Source: Phaeosaccion multiseriatum (lineage: Eukaryota; Protista; Ochrophyta, other classes). From it: DNA of 64,000 bases. The stretch is taken from assembly GCA_965112735.1 (NCBI GenBank), contig OZ218952.1:558001-622000 (forward strand), given 5' to 3'. Below are positions 63,543-64,000 of the stretch, piece by piece (the first letter of the stretch is position 1; each line of letters starts with the position of its first letter). The translations under genes and the position numbers were made by a program. The notes under the pieces are model-generated. The model was given only the letters and a program-made list of their open reading frames with translations, was not told the origin of the DNA and did no database searches.

Positions 63543-63973
63543 TTAGCCAGGTTTCTCCGCGATGAAGTCGAGTACCTCCTGATGGGCAGCCTTGATGCCG
63601 GGAAGAAAGGAAGCGCACACGGCCGCCGACTGGCCAGCCTGCACAGCAAGCAAGAGAGGGAGGGGAGGAGGGGAGGGTGAGTACGGCGTGGGGGCGAAGG
63701 GCACGCACACTCGTTTAAGCTTCCCGAGCCCTAACATTGCTTTGCAGGCGGTTTCATCTCCGTTCTCGCTCACCTTCGCCGCCTCCTCCAGCAGCCTCGC
63801 CTGGTTGGCCAGTCTCTCGGCATAGAAGGTTCCCGCCTGCCCCTTGACGAGGTGCGCGGCCTTCATCACTTGGTGGGCCGCTTCCGCATCGCCTTCATTG
63901 AGGCAGTAGGTGGAGACTGCGGAGACGACAGAGTCCAAAGACGCCTTGCTGCAAACGGCAAAGAGAGCAGTCA
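63543..63973 (-). CDS. Histidine phosphotransfer (HPt) domain protein, 3' exons (5' end beyond the right edge)
   Basis: AAHLVKGQAGTFYAERLANQARLLEEAAK fits the HPt consensus aH.lKG.a...a..L...a..LE (His codon at ~63852-63854). Probable exons 63973-63711 and 63638-63543 with a 72-nt intron. Confidence 0.75.
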
Positions 63974-64000
63974 CTTGTGGGGGGAGCCGCTTCGAGAGCA

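Overview
Eukaryotic genomic DNA with GT-AG introns full of microsatellites. The gene content suggests a stramenopile or ochrophyte alga, but that is inference. Domain calls are by motif recognition, with no database search run. The left 41 kb holds host-type genes: an OSCA/TMEM63-like channel (partial, -), an intronless CHASE hybrid histidine kinase (+), a CTC1-like gene (+), a MAP2K-like kinase fused to two DEP domains (+), a FAM135/DUF676 lipase-like gene (-) and a SAM-methyltransferase-TPR gene (-). From about 41.3 to 62.6 kb lies an accessory-looking block bracketed by ~180-200-bp direct repeats. Its first highlight is an 8,389-bp DNA transposon (43310-51698) with perfect 31-bp TIRs and a 6-bp TSD (ATACAA). 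It carries two head-to-head genes: a ~1,470-aa DDE-type transposase with an NHL beta-propeller inside the catalytic core and a C-terminal PHD finger, and a ~900-aa Ulp1/SUMO protease with an RS-rich N-terminus. The second highlight is a 12-exon ~1,710-aa gene fusing a MACPF-like pore-forming domain to a C-terminal LRR region. The block also contains a LINE remnant and a ~176-bp satellite. The window ends in the 3' part of an HPt phosphotransfer gene (-).
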